The notes under the pieces are model-generated. The model did not search any database and had not been told where the DNA came from. It was given only the letters and a program-made list of their open reading frames with translations. A stretch of 64,000 bases of DNA from a virus (taxonomy: Duplodnaviria; Caudoviricetes): positions 32,001 to 96,000 of IMG/VR virus record IMGVR_UViG_2558860250_000001; one strand, given 5' to 3'. Shown here one piece after another: positions 21,266 to 32,523 of this stretch. The position numbers and the translations under genes are program-made. Each line of letters begins with the position of its first letter. The stretch's first letter is position 1.

Positions 21266-22507
21266 ATGCATATGACAACTATACGCGTAGTTGACGCTTT
21301 GCCAGGTGCAGGTAAGACATCGGCAGCCATCAACATGATCAACGAAGATATGGATGAATTCGGTGATAGTGCCAACAATTATGTGTACATAACGCCGTAT
21401 CTTGATGAAGTTGATCGCATCAAACAATCTACCCACCGTAAATTTTACTCGCCAACGTTCCAAACTGTAAAAGGTGAGACATTCACCAAATTCGACTCAT
21501 TTCATGCTCTATTGGCAGACGGTAAGTGTATCGCATCAACACACGCACTGTTTCAGCGCGCGAATGACGAAACAAGGGAACTGATTCAGAATGGAAATTA
21601 CGTTCTGATATTAGATGAAGTTATGGATGTAATTGAACAGTTGGAGGTGAAAAAGAACGACATCGATTTATTATTCGAAAACGGTCTAATCAGTGTTGAT
21701 GATGATGGATTTATCACTTGGAATAAAGACAAAATGAACTACGAAACGCGTTACGATGACATACGCGATATGGCACTTAATCACACATTGATTTACTACC
21801 GTGACACTATACTGGTATGGGCATTCCCAGCAGACATATTCCGTGCCTTCAAACAAGTATACATATTGACATACCGATTCAGTGGACAAATTCAAGCATA
21901 TTATTATGACTTGTTCAATGTTTCTTATGAAATGTGGCACGCCGAAATAGTCAATGGTCGTTATTCATTCGTTCCTGGCCCCGCCGATGAGTCACATACG
22001 CGTGCGAAGCTACAACAATTAATCAACATATATGATGGTAAATTGAACGATATAGGCGACGCAGATTACAGCTTATCGAGCACGTGGTATGATAAACGCA
22101 GCGCACTAGTAATCCGTCAACTTAAAAATAACATCAGCAACTACCTGCGCAATATTGTTAAATCCAAATCATCCGATGCCATGTGGACAACATTTATCAA
22201 GCATCGTAATAAGTTAAAAGGGGAAGGATTTGCCCGTGCGTTTGTTCCATGTACAGCACGTGCTACAAATGACTATCGAGATCGTTCAAATGTCGTATAT
22301 GCTGTAAATCGCTACGTTAACCCAATTGTATATGGCTTCTTCCATGACAAGGGTATAACGGTTGACCAGGATGAATATTTTTTGGCGGAAATGATACAGT
22401 GGTTATTCCGTTCAGCAATACGCGACGGCAAGCCGATTAATTTATACATACCATCGAAACGCGCTCGCACATTGTTGGTGAATTGGTTATCAGATCATAC
22501 CCGATAA
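21266..22507 (+). CDS. SF2 helicase-like / DEAD-type P-loop protein
   Basis: VDALPGAGKTS, THALF, LILDEV, QWLFRSAIR. Confidence 0.8.
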   Translation: MHMTTIRVVDALPGAGKTSAAINMINEDMDEFGDSANNYVYITPYLDEVDRIKQSTHRKFYSPTFQTVKGETFTKFDSFHALLADGKCIASTHALFQRANDETRELIQNGNYVLILDEVMDVIEQLEVKKNDIDLLFENGLISVDDDGFITWNKDKMNYETRYDDIRDMALNHTLIYYRDTILVWAFPADIFRAFKQVYILTYRFSGQIQAYYYDLFNVSYEMWHAEIVNGRYSFVPGPADESHTRAKLQQLINIYDGKLNDIGDADYSLSSTWYDKRSALVIRQLKNNISNYLRNIVKSKSSDAMWTTFIKHRNKLKGEGFARAFVPCTARATNDYRDRSNVVYAVNRYVNPIVYGFFHDKGITVDQDEYFLAEMIQWLFRSAIRDGKPINLYIPSKRARTLLVNWLSDHTR

Positions 22508-22631
22508 AATTGCGTAAAAATGGCTCAACCACGCGGTTTATAGGGTGTTACCCTTAAAGAGAGACTATATTATATAAAAGTGTTGATCCGCGTTGATACA
22601 ATTGATATAATACAAACGGGAGGCGGTAACA

Positions 22632-23354
22632 ATGGAACGTACAGTAATCGACGCTATCAATGCTTATCCATGTCACGCACAGGAAGCACTCGCTAATGTT
22701 TATCGCAGCAAAGTGTTTGTTGTATCAATGGCAAATGGTGCAATCGTTAAATTTGCCAAGACTCGTCGTGGTGCAGAAGGGTACGTAAAACGTCACAGCA
22801 CAGCATACTATGACGAGTACACGCAATCCATGGTTTCGACCAGTTACGATATCACCGAAGTGGCTGCCAGTGAAATTGTTGATCCGACCACATCAATCAG
22901 CGTATGGTATAACTGGCTGAAGGATGTAAATGGTCACGATTACATGTACAACAATGTACTAGCGACAGCGAAACACATAGGTGTAAGCGAAGCAGTTATG
23001 GCATATGTGGCCAACACAATCAACGAAATGAAACGTGGCGAATGGTTGACCGTTATCGACGCATACGAATCCGCATTGGTTGTTGAGAAGCCATCTCTAG
23101 ACGTTGCCGAAGTAACCGCACCAACACACGACGTTACATATACGCCAGTATCCAACGTCATCGACTTCACAGCACGAAAACGACAACGTGAACAGGACGC
23201 CGAGCACAACGCATATATCGACTATTTTATCAACGTCATCCTGCCGAAATTAGACTTTAACGACTTGCAACGGTTGATTGCATCTGATGGCGACATGGGC
23301 AACGAGTTGATGCGGATTATGTTGGCTAAGTCGCTGGAGGAGATGAGGAGGTGA
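22632..23354 (+). CDS. Hypothetical protein
   Basis: 240-aa ORF; GGAGG RBS; sigmaA promoter; contains SNVIDFTARK. Confidence 0.7.
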   Translation: MERTVIDAINAYPCHAQEALANVYRSKVFVVSMANGAIVKFAKTRRGAEGYVKRHSTAYYDEYTQSMVSTSYDITEVAASEIVDPTTSISVWYNWLKDVNGHDYMYNNVLATAKHIGVSEAVMAYVANTINEMKRGEWLTVIDAYESALVVEKPSLDVAEVTAPTHDVTYTPVSNVIDFTARKRQREQDAEHNAYIDYFINVILPKLDFNDLQRLIASDGDMGNELMRIMLAKSLEEMRR

Positions 23355-24946
23355 CGCATATGTCCACCGTACCACCGTTTGAAGAGTGTCAACGCCGTTT
23401 TGTATTGTATTGCATCGCGCATGGTTTACAGCCTGGTGACGAGTGGAAACCATATAAATACATGGCATGGATATGCAAAATGGAAAGAGAATATAAAATC
23501 TCACGTGGTATACAAGGTAGATGGACACCAATCGATGATCAAGATGATTTTACGCTGTATATCGAGCAACATGTCCGCCAAAATTGATTGTATGGAGTGA
23601 ATAAGTCTGTGCGGAAATTGTATGTCATTTACAGGGAATATGGGAAAGTGTGGTTTTTAACTGAAAGCGAATCATGGCACGAGGAACTAGCATACGCAAA
23701 ACTTTATGAAAATATCACCGAAGCTTTACAGGATAGTGGGGAAATCGAAGATAGTAGAGTAGGAGAAGTGACGATGACATTTCACTTAACCCCATCACCA
23801 ATGCACATACACGTATAGATGTGTTGTCATGGGATATTGTATCAATTAAGGAGGTGCGGTAGATGCGACTGATAGTGAACGTACTATATGACAATGGCAT
23901 AGAACGTGAATATGAAAATTTAGTAGACAAAGCATTTAGAGAAAATATACACGCTTCAATCACTATACACGACTCTCACCATTGTCGAGTGATAAACGTA
24001 TCCAAGGTGTCCGACATCCACTTTTATAAAACGATATAGCTGCTACGGCATTTTATATCAACAATCATATTGACTTCGTTCGTTTTATATAATATAATCA
24101 TATCAACAAATCACACCGATGACGCCGATTGGCTGAGGTAACAACGGGAGGTACATATTATACACACACATCCGGCTATCACAATGGTCGCACTGGTGCA
24201 ATTGTGCACATCGATGGCCACGAGTACGCGTTTGAACGTGGTGAGTATACGCTGTCACCGGTGAATATGTCAAACAATGGAAAATAGATTACGGAAACGG
24301 GTATCACGGATACTTAAACGTGAAGGTGTTTGCGGAAAACTAATCTCGGCGGGAACATTTAGGCGTCATGATGATTATGGATATTGGTTTGTAATGGATG
24401 ACGGCAAGCGTGGCGAAATCATGATTAGCGATAGATGTGCAATTGTATTTAATTAAGGAGGTGTCGTGCTGATGTATGGTAAAAATGTCACACTAAAATG
24501 TGATTCATTTACGATTACTGTTTTCGTTTTGTGCAGTCCTTATGACACTAATGAGGATGTGATTGAACGCGCAAAACTTATTGTGGAGAATAGAATACGA
24601 ACGACGGAAGGAAGCGTGTTATGATTTCATTCATCGTCAACGCAGCCATTAACATTTACGCAGCTGTATACAACGCATTATCGTCGCTCCTATGGCCACT
24701 TAATTGGCGTATTTGGTGGGCAATTGCGGCTCACACACATCAACGTACTGATTTGGTCGAATCTGCATATAATATTGTGTTGTGGGAAATGTGCGCTATT
24801 GTCGTATTGATTGCATTGGCCGCATACATTGTGGTTCGACGGGTAAGGTGATTCAAATTAATGACGTGGCGGAATTTTATGTCGGTAAGGATAAAGTAGT
24901 CTTATGTGCCAATTGTCGCATGAAATTTTTCGGTAAGAAAAGTAAG

Positions 24947-27692
24947 TAGAATTCGAGTTTATGGAAAGGCGATGACGTGTGAAGAATAAGAAGTATTACA
25001 ATGCAGGCGGTGCGTTAGGTGTTATAGGAGTAGAAACAGCACACACCGATGGTGACTATACATTTTTGCCAGACCATGTAATGTCTAATCCTTGGATACG
25101 AACAGAAGATTTATACGACACCTACGAAGAAGCAAAGAACAATCCAGTAGCAAGGTTCTCAGAATGAAATGCAAGTTCCATGCGAGGGGAAATGTAAATG
25201 AAAACATATATAGTTGAAATCCCATTAACGGGATATGTATCAGTAGAGGTTGAAGCAGAATCAGAACAAGAAGCGATTGATCGAGCGTTTGAAGAGGCAC
25301 AATTAGAGCATATCGAAGAATGGGATCTACATCGTCAAATAGTTAGAGGAAATGTGTTTAGCGGTTTGCGAAATGAAATTCATGTTGAAGAAATTGATGA
25401 TGACGACGAAGATTGAACGAAACGAGACTTTCGTAGGAGTGATGCCGTTGGTAACGATTATAGTACCAAAGACGGTTTCCTTTAGTGAATGTTATGAACC
25501 TACATTATATGAAAAATTAAAAAGGAGAAGGGAAGGCATTAAACAGATTGTCAAATATTTAAGAGAACGAAAAAGTTCTCATGGTGACGTGTCTTTTACG
25601 CAAACAAAAGAGGAATTAAAGGTCTCAATATACCATAATGAGACTTGTGAACAAGCAAAAGAAATCCGTTCGAATATTCTTAGAATCAAATTTAAATATT
25701 GGCAATTAAGGCAAAACTTCATATAGGAGTGATGGATATGGATGAGATAGATCTGAACAAAGTTGAAGGTTTAATTGAAGAGCTATATTCCAAGAATCAT
25801 CATGACGCACAGCTTAGTTACGAGGATGCACAGCGTATTTTGAGTTCGGCTTCACAATTAGTTAAAAAAATTAAAGAACTAAGAGAAAAAATAAACAAAA
25901 ACATAGGAGGTTAAATAATGAACGATAAAGAAAAGACGTTGTTGCTAGAATTGATTCTGAGAGACATTAGAGCGAATTGGGCATTTGACCTAGAAAAACG
26001 TGTGAACGTTGCGTTGAATTTAGCAACAGAGTTGAAGCTAGAAAAACACATTGAACTGATTGCTGATTTCCAACAGACGATGGGTTCCAACTGGTGCGAT
26101 GGGCGTCATTTTAGAACAAGCGTTGAATACGGTGGCTATGAAGGCATGAGTTCTATGCATAACTTGGAGTACACCTACAATGACAAAAGTGAAGAATTTA
26201 AAGCTATGGCATATGAGTATATTACTTACCCTGAGTACGCATTTGAAGATTGGGAACAAATACAAAACACACTTTTATAAGAAGTGATGGGCATCATGAG
26301 AAAATATTGGAGGTAGATTAAATTGACAGAGGTTTATATGTCGCCAGAAACCTATTTAATTTATTTGCAGGAAGGTTGGTGGATTATTACAGCAAGTAAA
26401 TACCCTTGTGGGGAAACTATTGTCCCCGTTGCAATAGATGATGAAAAACTTGAAGATGTTTCGTTTGGGCAAGATTTGGTGGCGGTATTTAAAGACTTGA
26501 AATACTATTCACCTTCAGCGTTCAAGGAATAAAACAAGATTTGATATGGGGTGACAGTATGGCTAAAAAGTCGAAGAATCACGACAATGCAGTTAAAAAT
26601 GCTTATACTTTTCGAAAGCTATTAGAAGAAGAGAGGAACGCAGAATTAGCGTCCAAAGTTGAGGAAACGTACAAAGAACTATGGTGTGAGTGTCTTAATG
26701 AGAAAGCGCCTTGGACTTGAATAAAATCAAGAGTCTCATTGGAGGTTTGTAAAAAATGAATGCAAAACAGTTTTATGAACTAGTTCAATCTGGAACACGC
26801 CCAGTGATTGAAATTACGCAGGAATATGATGAGGGTGCAGACATTGGAATGCGTATGAGAGCATTATCGATCTCAATAGACGACCCCGAAAGTCAATACG
26901 CTTGCTACATTATAAAATGCGATTTAAAAGAATTTGAGAATTACAACGAACCATTTGAAAAGGCAAACTGGTATGACAAGAACGGACAACCAACGTTAAA
27001 ATGGAGAGAAACGGGTTTTTATCCTCGAGATGGAATTACAGAGTTGTATCTTAATGTGAATGATGTTGATGATATTGAAAGTGCATTATTTAAAGTGGTT
27101 GAAGAAAATACAATTTACAACGAATATGTACAGAGTGAAAGCAAATTGCCGTATGTTGTGTGGTTAGAGGATAGAGTGAAGTTGTTACAATTTTGTTGTA
27201 GAGAATTGGAACATAAGCAATTAAAAACAAAGGTTCTTTAAGGAGGCTAACAAAATGATTAATCCGTCCGAATGTAGTAAGCATATTATACTATTGTGCA
27301 AGGGGCACCATAAATTCGAGGATAATTTAACTGCGGTCAAGCACTTTATTGCTGAATGGTGCGATTTAGAAGTTAGTCAAGTATGTAGTTCGACTGTATA
27401 TGAACTTGTATTAGACGCGATGTGTGAAATTGTTGATAAACAAAAGATTAAGCATTTCATCAGAGATATTTTCAGGTTTCAAGAAAGTGTTCATTGCGAA
27501 GACGTAATTAGGCATATGATGGCTGTGATTGCAACTACGAAAGTTAAAGACGAACAGAAAATATTGATTAACCTGGATGTTGACGATAAAATTGTCCAGC
27601 GTATGTTGGAGAGAGCAATGAAATCACAGCAGACCCTCAGTTTAGAACCAACTGAAGGACAAAAACAATGGATGAGATTGATGAGTAAGTGA
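24947..27692 (+). other. AT-richer block of about 10 short tandem hypothetical genes (24979, 25198, ~25442, ~25732, 25918, 26323, 26559, 26756, 27255)
   Basis: Head-to-tail ORFs with RBSs; short AAA-N5/6-TTT imperfect palindromes at most junctions. Confidence 0.65.
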
Positions 27693-28926
27693 GTATTGAT
27701 TCCCCTTCCGACAAGTGGTAAATTACGCTTGCAACTAATACTAAGGGTGATGATATGAGCAATCTTCAATCAGAAATAGAAGCATTGAAAGATGAGATAG
27801 CCGAACTCAAAAAGAGTGATAGACGTAAGAATAAAAGTATCATGGAGAGTACGGCTTTGGGTACAATCTTTGTCATCGTATTGGCGTTAATTATTGGTTG
27901 TGCTGGTGGATATGCCATTGGTAAAGACGTGAATCAACAACGCTCGGTCACTTTAAACTTGCAATGAGATATTTGCCTCCGGCCACCATCAACACAGGTG
28001 GCTATATTTGCGTCCACATTTTCGTCACAAATTTTATATTATAAACCGTCTTTGTATGATATATAATAAGAGTGTACAATACGAAACAAAGGGTGATTGA
28101 TATGACATACGTCGAACGTTGGTATGCAACGCTAACTCCGCAGGCTAAACTAAAATTTGCAGCTTTGACCGCACTATACGGTCAGGAACGGATTGCCGAT
28201 GCATTGTGCGACATCAATGACATTGATCAATTGTTCGATCTAATTGCACAACGTGTGTATGGAGCAAATTGATAATTTAACGTATGCGCAAAGTTTTTAC
28301 ATATCATAGTTGATTTATATAATATAGTGTAGTATAATGATCCGTGTTGAGGCGATGACGTACGATTCGTACAGAGTCACAACAAATAACTTGAAAGGTG
28401 GCAATGATCATGGAGCAGGTAACGAATCGTTTCAATGCACGCGAAGCATCCCGCGCTATGGGAGCCGCAAGTGTAGAAAAGGTTATGTGGGGACACGATG
28501 AAATTTCGCATGTCTGTTTTACAGGCGGTACACGAGCACGAATGGCCATGATACATCTACATAAACACGATGATGGAACAATGTATGGTATGTGTCCTGA
28601 TTGCAAACGTTTTGTGTATGCAAATCCACGTAAGATGGTCGGTAAAGGGTATAAATCATTTGATACACGCACACAACAGCAGCCACAACGCCGATATGCG
28701 ATGGCACAGTGAGGAGGATGTATTGTGACAATGGCACCAGAGGAATTTAAAAATAAAATGCAGGAAATCGCCGATATCATGGATGAAGAAATATCACATC
28801 CTCAAGCAGACGATTTGATGTGCGAAGTGTTGGATTCATTGGGATATGGAGAGGGTATAAGTATATTTGTGAAGATGCCGAAATGGTACAAATAAATAGT
28901 CGACACACCCGCATCAATGACGCACA

Positions 28927-28955
28927 CACGGCACCTGGTTACGGGTGCTTTTTTA
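28927..28955 (+). terminator. Rho-independent terminator
   Basis: GCACCTG-GTTA-CGGGTGC-TTTTT. Confidence 0.75.
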
Positions 28956-29030
28956 TTTTCATCTTGAAAAGTGTATTGCATAATTATTTTGATAAATGTT
29001 ATACTTAAATCAAGAAAGGAGAGGGTTCTG

Positions 29031-29693
29031 ATGGTACAAAGCGCATTCGAACTTGGAAACGTAAAGTTGGAGGTGTTCGGGTTTGACACAAGGAATGAGG
29101 AAATAATCGATATCGCCAACATTGAAGAATTGGTGGAGAACGTGTTTGTGTCCGTCCGCGTAGATGGTGATTGGATTGATGCGGGTACACTGGATTGCTT
29201 CGACACGGACAACATGACATCGGATGAAGTTGTGGCACTCGAAAACTCTGACCTAGGCATACAGTCTTGGTTGGAATCCTTGATGAGTACAATCGAAGAC
29301 TTGCGTAAAGAGCGTGATGAGCAGGAAGCACTACAGGAGTTGTATCAAGATGAGGCTGAAGAATCCTTTGACCGTGAGGACGCCCGTATTCATGCGCTAA
29401 ATACCTACAAGACAATCTCGTGGGAGTTATTAGCCCAACGACACTATCCCAAGTGTCAAAACATTGAGGTTTTAGTGGATATCATGCAAGATAACTATCT
29501 CGACGGTGGTATCCTTTATCGAGACGGCATATCGGCAGACAACATTTACGCTGCGGTTGTCGCTCATTATCGACACAACCACACAGATTACGATGATGAG
29601 TTCATTTTGCGGGAGGATCGTCCCGATATACGCCGTGAATTTAATTCGGTAGTCCGTAACGAAGTACGTCAATTTTTGGGGATGGAAGCATGA
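29031..29693 (+). CDS. Highly acidic hypothetical protein
   Basis: AAGGAG RBS; strong TTGCAT-N18-TATACT promoter; very D/E rich. Confidence 0.75.
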   Translation: MVQSAFELGNVKLEVFGFDTRNEEIIDIANIEELVENVFVSVRVDGDWIDAGTLDCFDTDNMTSDEVVALENSDLGIQSWLESLMSTIEDLRKERDEQEALQELYQDEAEESFDREDARIHALNTYKTISWELLAQRHYPKCQNIEVLVDIMQDNYLDGGILYRDGISADNIYAAVVAHYRHNHTDYDDEFILREDRPDIRREFNSVVRNEVRQFLGMEA

Positions 29694-30173
29694 GTAATCA
29701 GCATGGAGGTAAACGTCCAGGGGCAGGAAGGCCAGCCACAGGTAGAAAGCCAACAAGGTCAATACGAATGACGGATAAAGAGTATGAACTTGTCAAGAAA
29801 TTTTTGGCTGAATTGCGGTCAAATAATGATACAGTAATTTCGATCAGTCTTTCTGACGAAGAAAATGAACAATTATGTGCAAGTGCAGAACGTCTTGGTG
29901 AAACAGTTGATGAACGAGCTAAAATGATCATATCAGCCTATCTGTCGGGGATCAGGAAGAAAAAAAACACGGCGTCGTTTCCCAGAAGGCAGCAAACTAA
30001 GAAGGCTACGGAATAACGCTAATTTGTCACTTTCAGATGTGGCTCAAAAAATCGGAATACTGGGAAGTTCTCTTGGCGATATCGAGCTTGGCAAAAAGAG
30101 ACCATCTGTACAGACGCTAAAAAAGTTATGCGAATTTTACGGTGTTAGTATGGAAGAAATCATGGATAACTAG
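29690..30173 (+). pseudogene. DNA-binding protein (GGKRPGAGRP + RHH-like) fused to an XRE-HTH domain across a +1 frameshift at A8 (29960-29967)
   Basis: The +1 frame reads RRRFPEGSKLRRLRNNANLSLSDVAQKIGILGSSLGDIELGKKRPSVQTLKKLCEFYGVSMEEIMDN* and has no start codon of its own ahead of the HTH domain. Confidence 0.75.
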
Positions 30174-30894
30174 TTGCATAATTCCCGTTATCCTATAAGA
30201 TATACCTTGCGATGGTGCCATTCCGTTCACTCCTGCTGGTTAGTGGGAGTTTTTACGTCCTCTACGCGACAATCCAGATATGCACACAACCGGTCGCATC
30301 AACCCCATCCAATATCGGACGGGGCTTTGCTGTGCTTTCGATTGCGTTGGAGTGGTCGTTTTCAATGACGATGTACGGAAGTTATGCGAAATTGTAGGCG
30401 GATCAAATGTCATTTGAATTGAGCGCGTCATCCTCGTACCATTCAACGTGGTCTGGATTATTGCGGTCGAGTAATATTGTACCGTCGTCCTCGCGTTCAG
30501 TTGGCCATATATCCGTATACTTCAACTTGCTAATACCGCGCGTAAGTGTGGTTTGTTCATTCCACTCGCGTATGTCCTCCGGCGTCATATTCACCAATTT
30601 AGATTTGCGTCGTTTACGATTAATATCCATCTCCGTTCACCTCCAAATATCTCACATACGCGTCACGTTGCCGTATATCCTTCGCGTTGGGTCTCGTTGC
30701 ACCGTGTACGTTTGCCATTGGCGTGTCATTTAGCATTACCTCTTTGCTTATCTATCCTGGGCACACGATTACTCAATATCTGCCGCAGCCTATCAGTTTT
30801 CTCTTGTGTAGATGGTTGACGCATTTCCTTGGCTATCTTGCGTGCTTGTTTGCCTGTTACAACAATAGGACGTGTGCGGAAAGGGATATTGTTG

Positions 30895-31293
30895 TTATTC
30901 ATTGCTCACCTCATTCACACTAACAGTGATTACACCCTTATATTTCACATCAACGTATTCGCCGCGCTTAAAAGTTGTATACTGCGTCTCGTCAATGTCA
31001 TATGTGTTGCCGTCATCCAATGTTAATGTGTATGTAGGCGGATTCCACACTACGGTTGATGTTTTTCCACTCGATACGTATGAATAAGAGCCAGGTATCA
31101 TATCCATTGATTTAATGGTGCCAACATCATCTCTAACTGGCTGGAAGAATGACCAAACCCATGCTCCAATATATACGACAACTAATAAAATGGTAGCACC
31201 TATTATTGCCCAAATTAGAGTGTCAAGTATTTTGGAAAAATAATCACGAAATGAATATTTCCTATTGTATCGTATCATCAGTATACATCCCAC
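30895..31293 (-). CDS. Membrane-anchored hypothetical protein
   Basis: N-terminal TM helix followed by a beta-rich domain. Confidence 0.65.
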   Translation of the reverse strand: MGCILMIRYNRKYSFRDYFSKILDTLIWAIIGATILLVVVYIGAWVWSFFQPVRDDVGTIKSMDMIPGSYSYVSSGKTSTVVWNPPTYTLTLDDGNTYDIDETQYTTFKRGEYVDVKYKGVITVSVNEVSNE

Positions 31294-31922
31294 ACTTTCA
31301 TGCGCTCAATATCGCCATCCTTTGGCAACTCAACCATACTCAGTTTGCCACGGAACACGCAGCCAGTGTCGACATATAGTTGATCGTGTACTAGTATCAC
31401 GCCATCCACTGGTGTATGCCCGTGTACGTTAACCTTGTCAACACCAACAGGGAGTTCGTGGCGACCCCATAGCAAATCATCACGTGTTTGTTCTGACACG
31501 GGTGTATTTGGCGCCATGTGCGCGTGCGTGAATATGTAATGGTCGGTTTCGTGATATAGTGGCAATGTTTTAAACCACGCGACATACCTGTCCAACTCGT
31601 ACATATACCCTTCAAACGCGTCCAATGTCGACCATCCGCCGTTCTGAACCCACAATTGCATGTCTAAGTATCCATCGAGTTGATTACGTGGTGATAGGGC
31701 ATTGATACACATGTCCTCGTGATTACCAGGGAGACAAATGGCACCATCCTTCTTTAGTTGTACGACACGCTGCAAGACATCGCGCACACGTGGCCCACGG
31801 TCAATGTAATCGCCAAGGAGAACCAATTGGTCGCAATCTGGATTGTAATTTGATTCGAGCAATATGGCGTCAAATTGGTCATAACATCCGTGTATATCCG
31901 ATAGAGCGAGTAGTCGTCCCAT
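31278..31922 (-). CDS. Ser/Thr protein phosphatase-family metallophosphoesterase
   Basis: SDIHG, LGDYIDRG, GNHE, NGG..T, HGHTP, DTG. Confidence 0.93.
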   Translation of the reverse strand: MGRLLALSDIHGCYDQFDAILLESNYNPDCDQLVLLGDYIDRGPRVRDVLQRVVQLKKDGAICLPGNHEDMCINALSPRNQLDGYLDMQLWVQNGGWSTLDAFEGYMYELDRYVAWFKTLPLYHETDHYIFTHAHMAPNTPVSEQTRDDLLWGRHELPVGVDKVNVHGHTPVDGVILVHDQLYVDTGCVFRGKLSMVELPKDGDIERMKVWDVY

Positions 31923-32268
31923 TTATTCATCTCCTTTTGAATGTTTGATCGTCCCATCCCATTCATTAAATTTGCGCTTAGAAAAGTTGATTAAATTGTC
32001 ATGATATATATGCTCAGATAATTGTTCCTCGTAATCTAATACAGCATCAATCGCCACTTTCTTGTAATCTATCTGATGTTCTTCCATACCATCGAAATAC
32101 TTAACATATGCCGGACGAGAAAATCGACTATTGCTGGTATGTACTTCAACGCCCAATGAACGGTAAGTAAATGTGTCGCCACAATATGAATTTTTACGCT
32201 TGATGTATCCAACAACAACTTTATATGTACCGTTGGGAGTGGTCACTGGATATTTAGACAAACTGTGT

Positions 32269-32523
32269 TTATTCCGCATTAATATCATCGCCATCCTTTG
32301 ACACACCGTATTCAACTTCAGGAAGGCCATTTGCAATAGCATATCGCGCATCGTTCCTAGATACTTTCACCGTGTTATAATCCCACCACACGCCGTAGTC
32401 GGGGTCGTTGCATCGTGTACACACGTCTAGCGGCACATTGCGTACGGTAACAACTTTCTTGCCGATACGGATTAATTCGTCACGATATTGTGTTTCGCAA
32501 TCTCCGCCACACATACACTTCAC
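32269..32523 (-). CDS. YgiT-type zinc-finger protein
   Basis: CMCGG...VRNVPLDVCTRC. Confidence 0.7.
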   Translation of the reverse strand: MKCMCGGDCETQYRDELIRIGKKVVTVRNVPLDVCTRCNDPDYGVWWDYNTVKVSRNDARYAIANGLPEVEYGVSKDGDDINAE

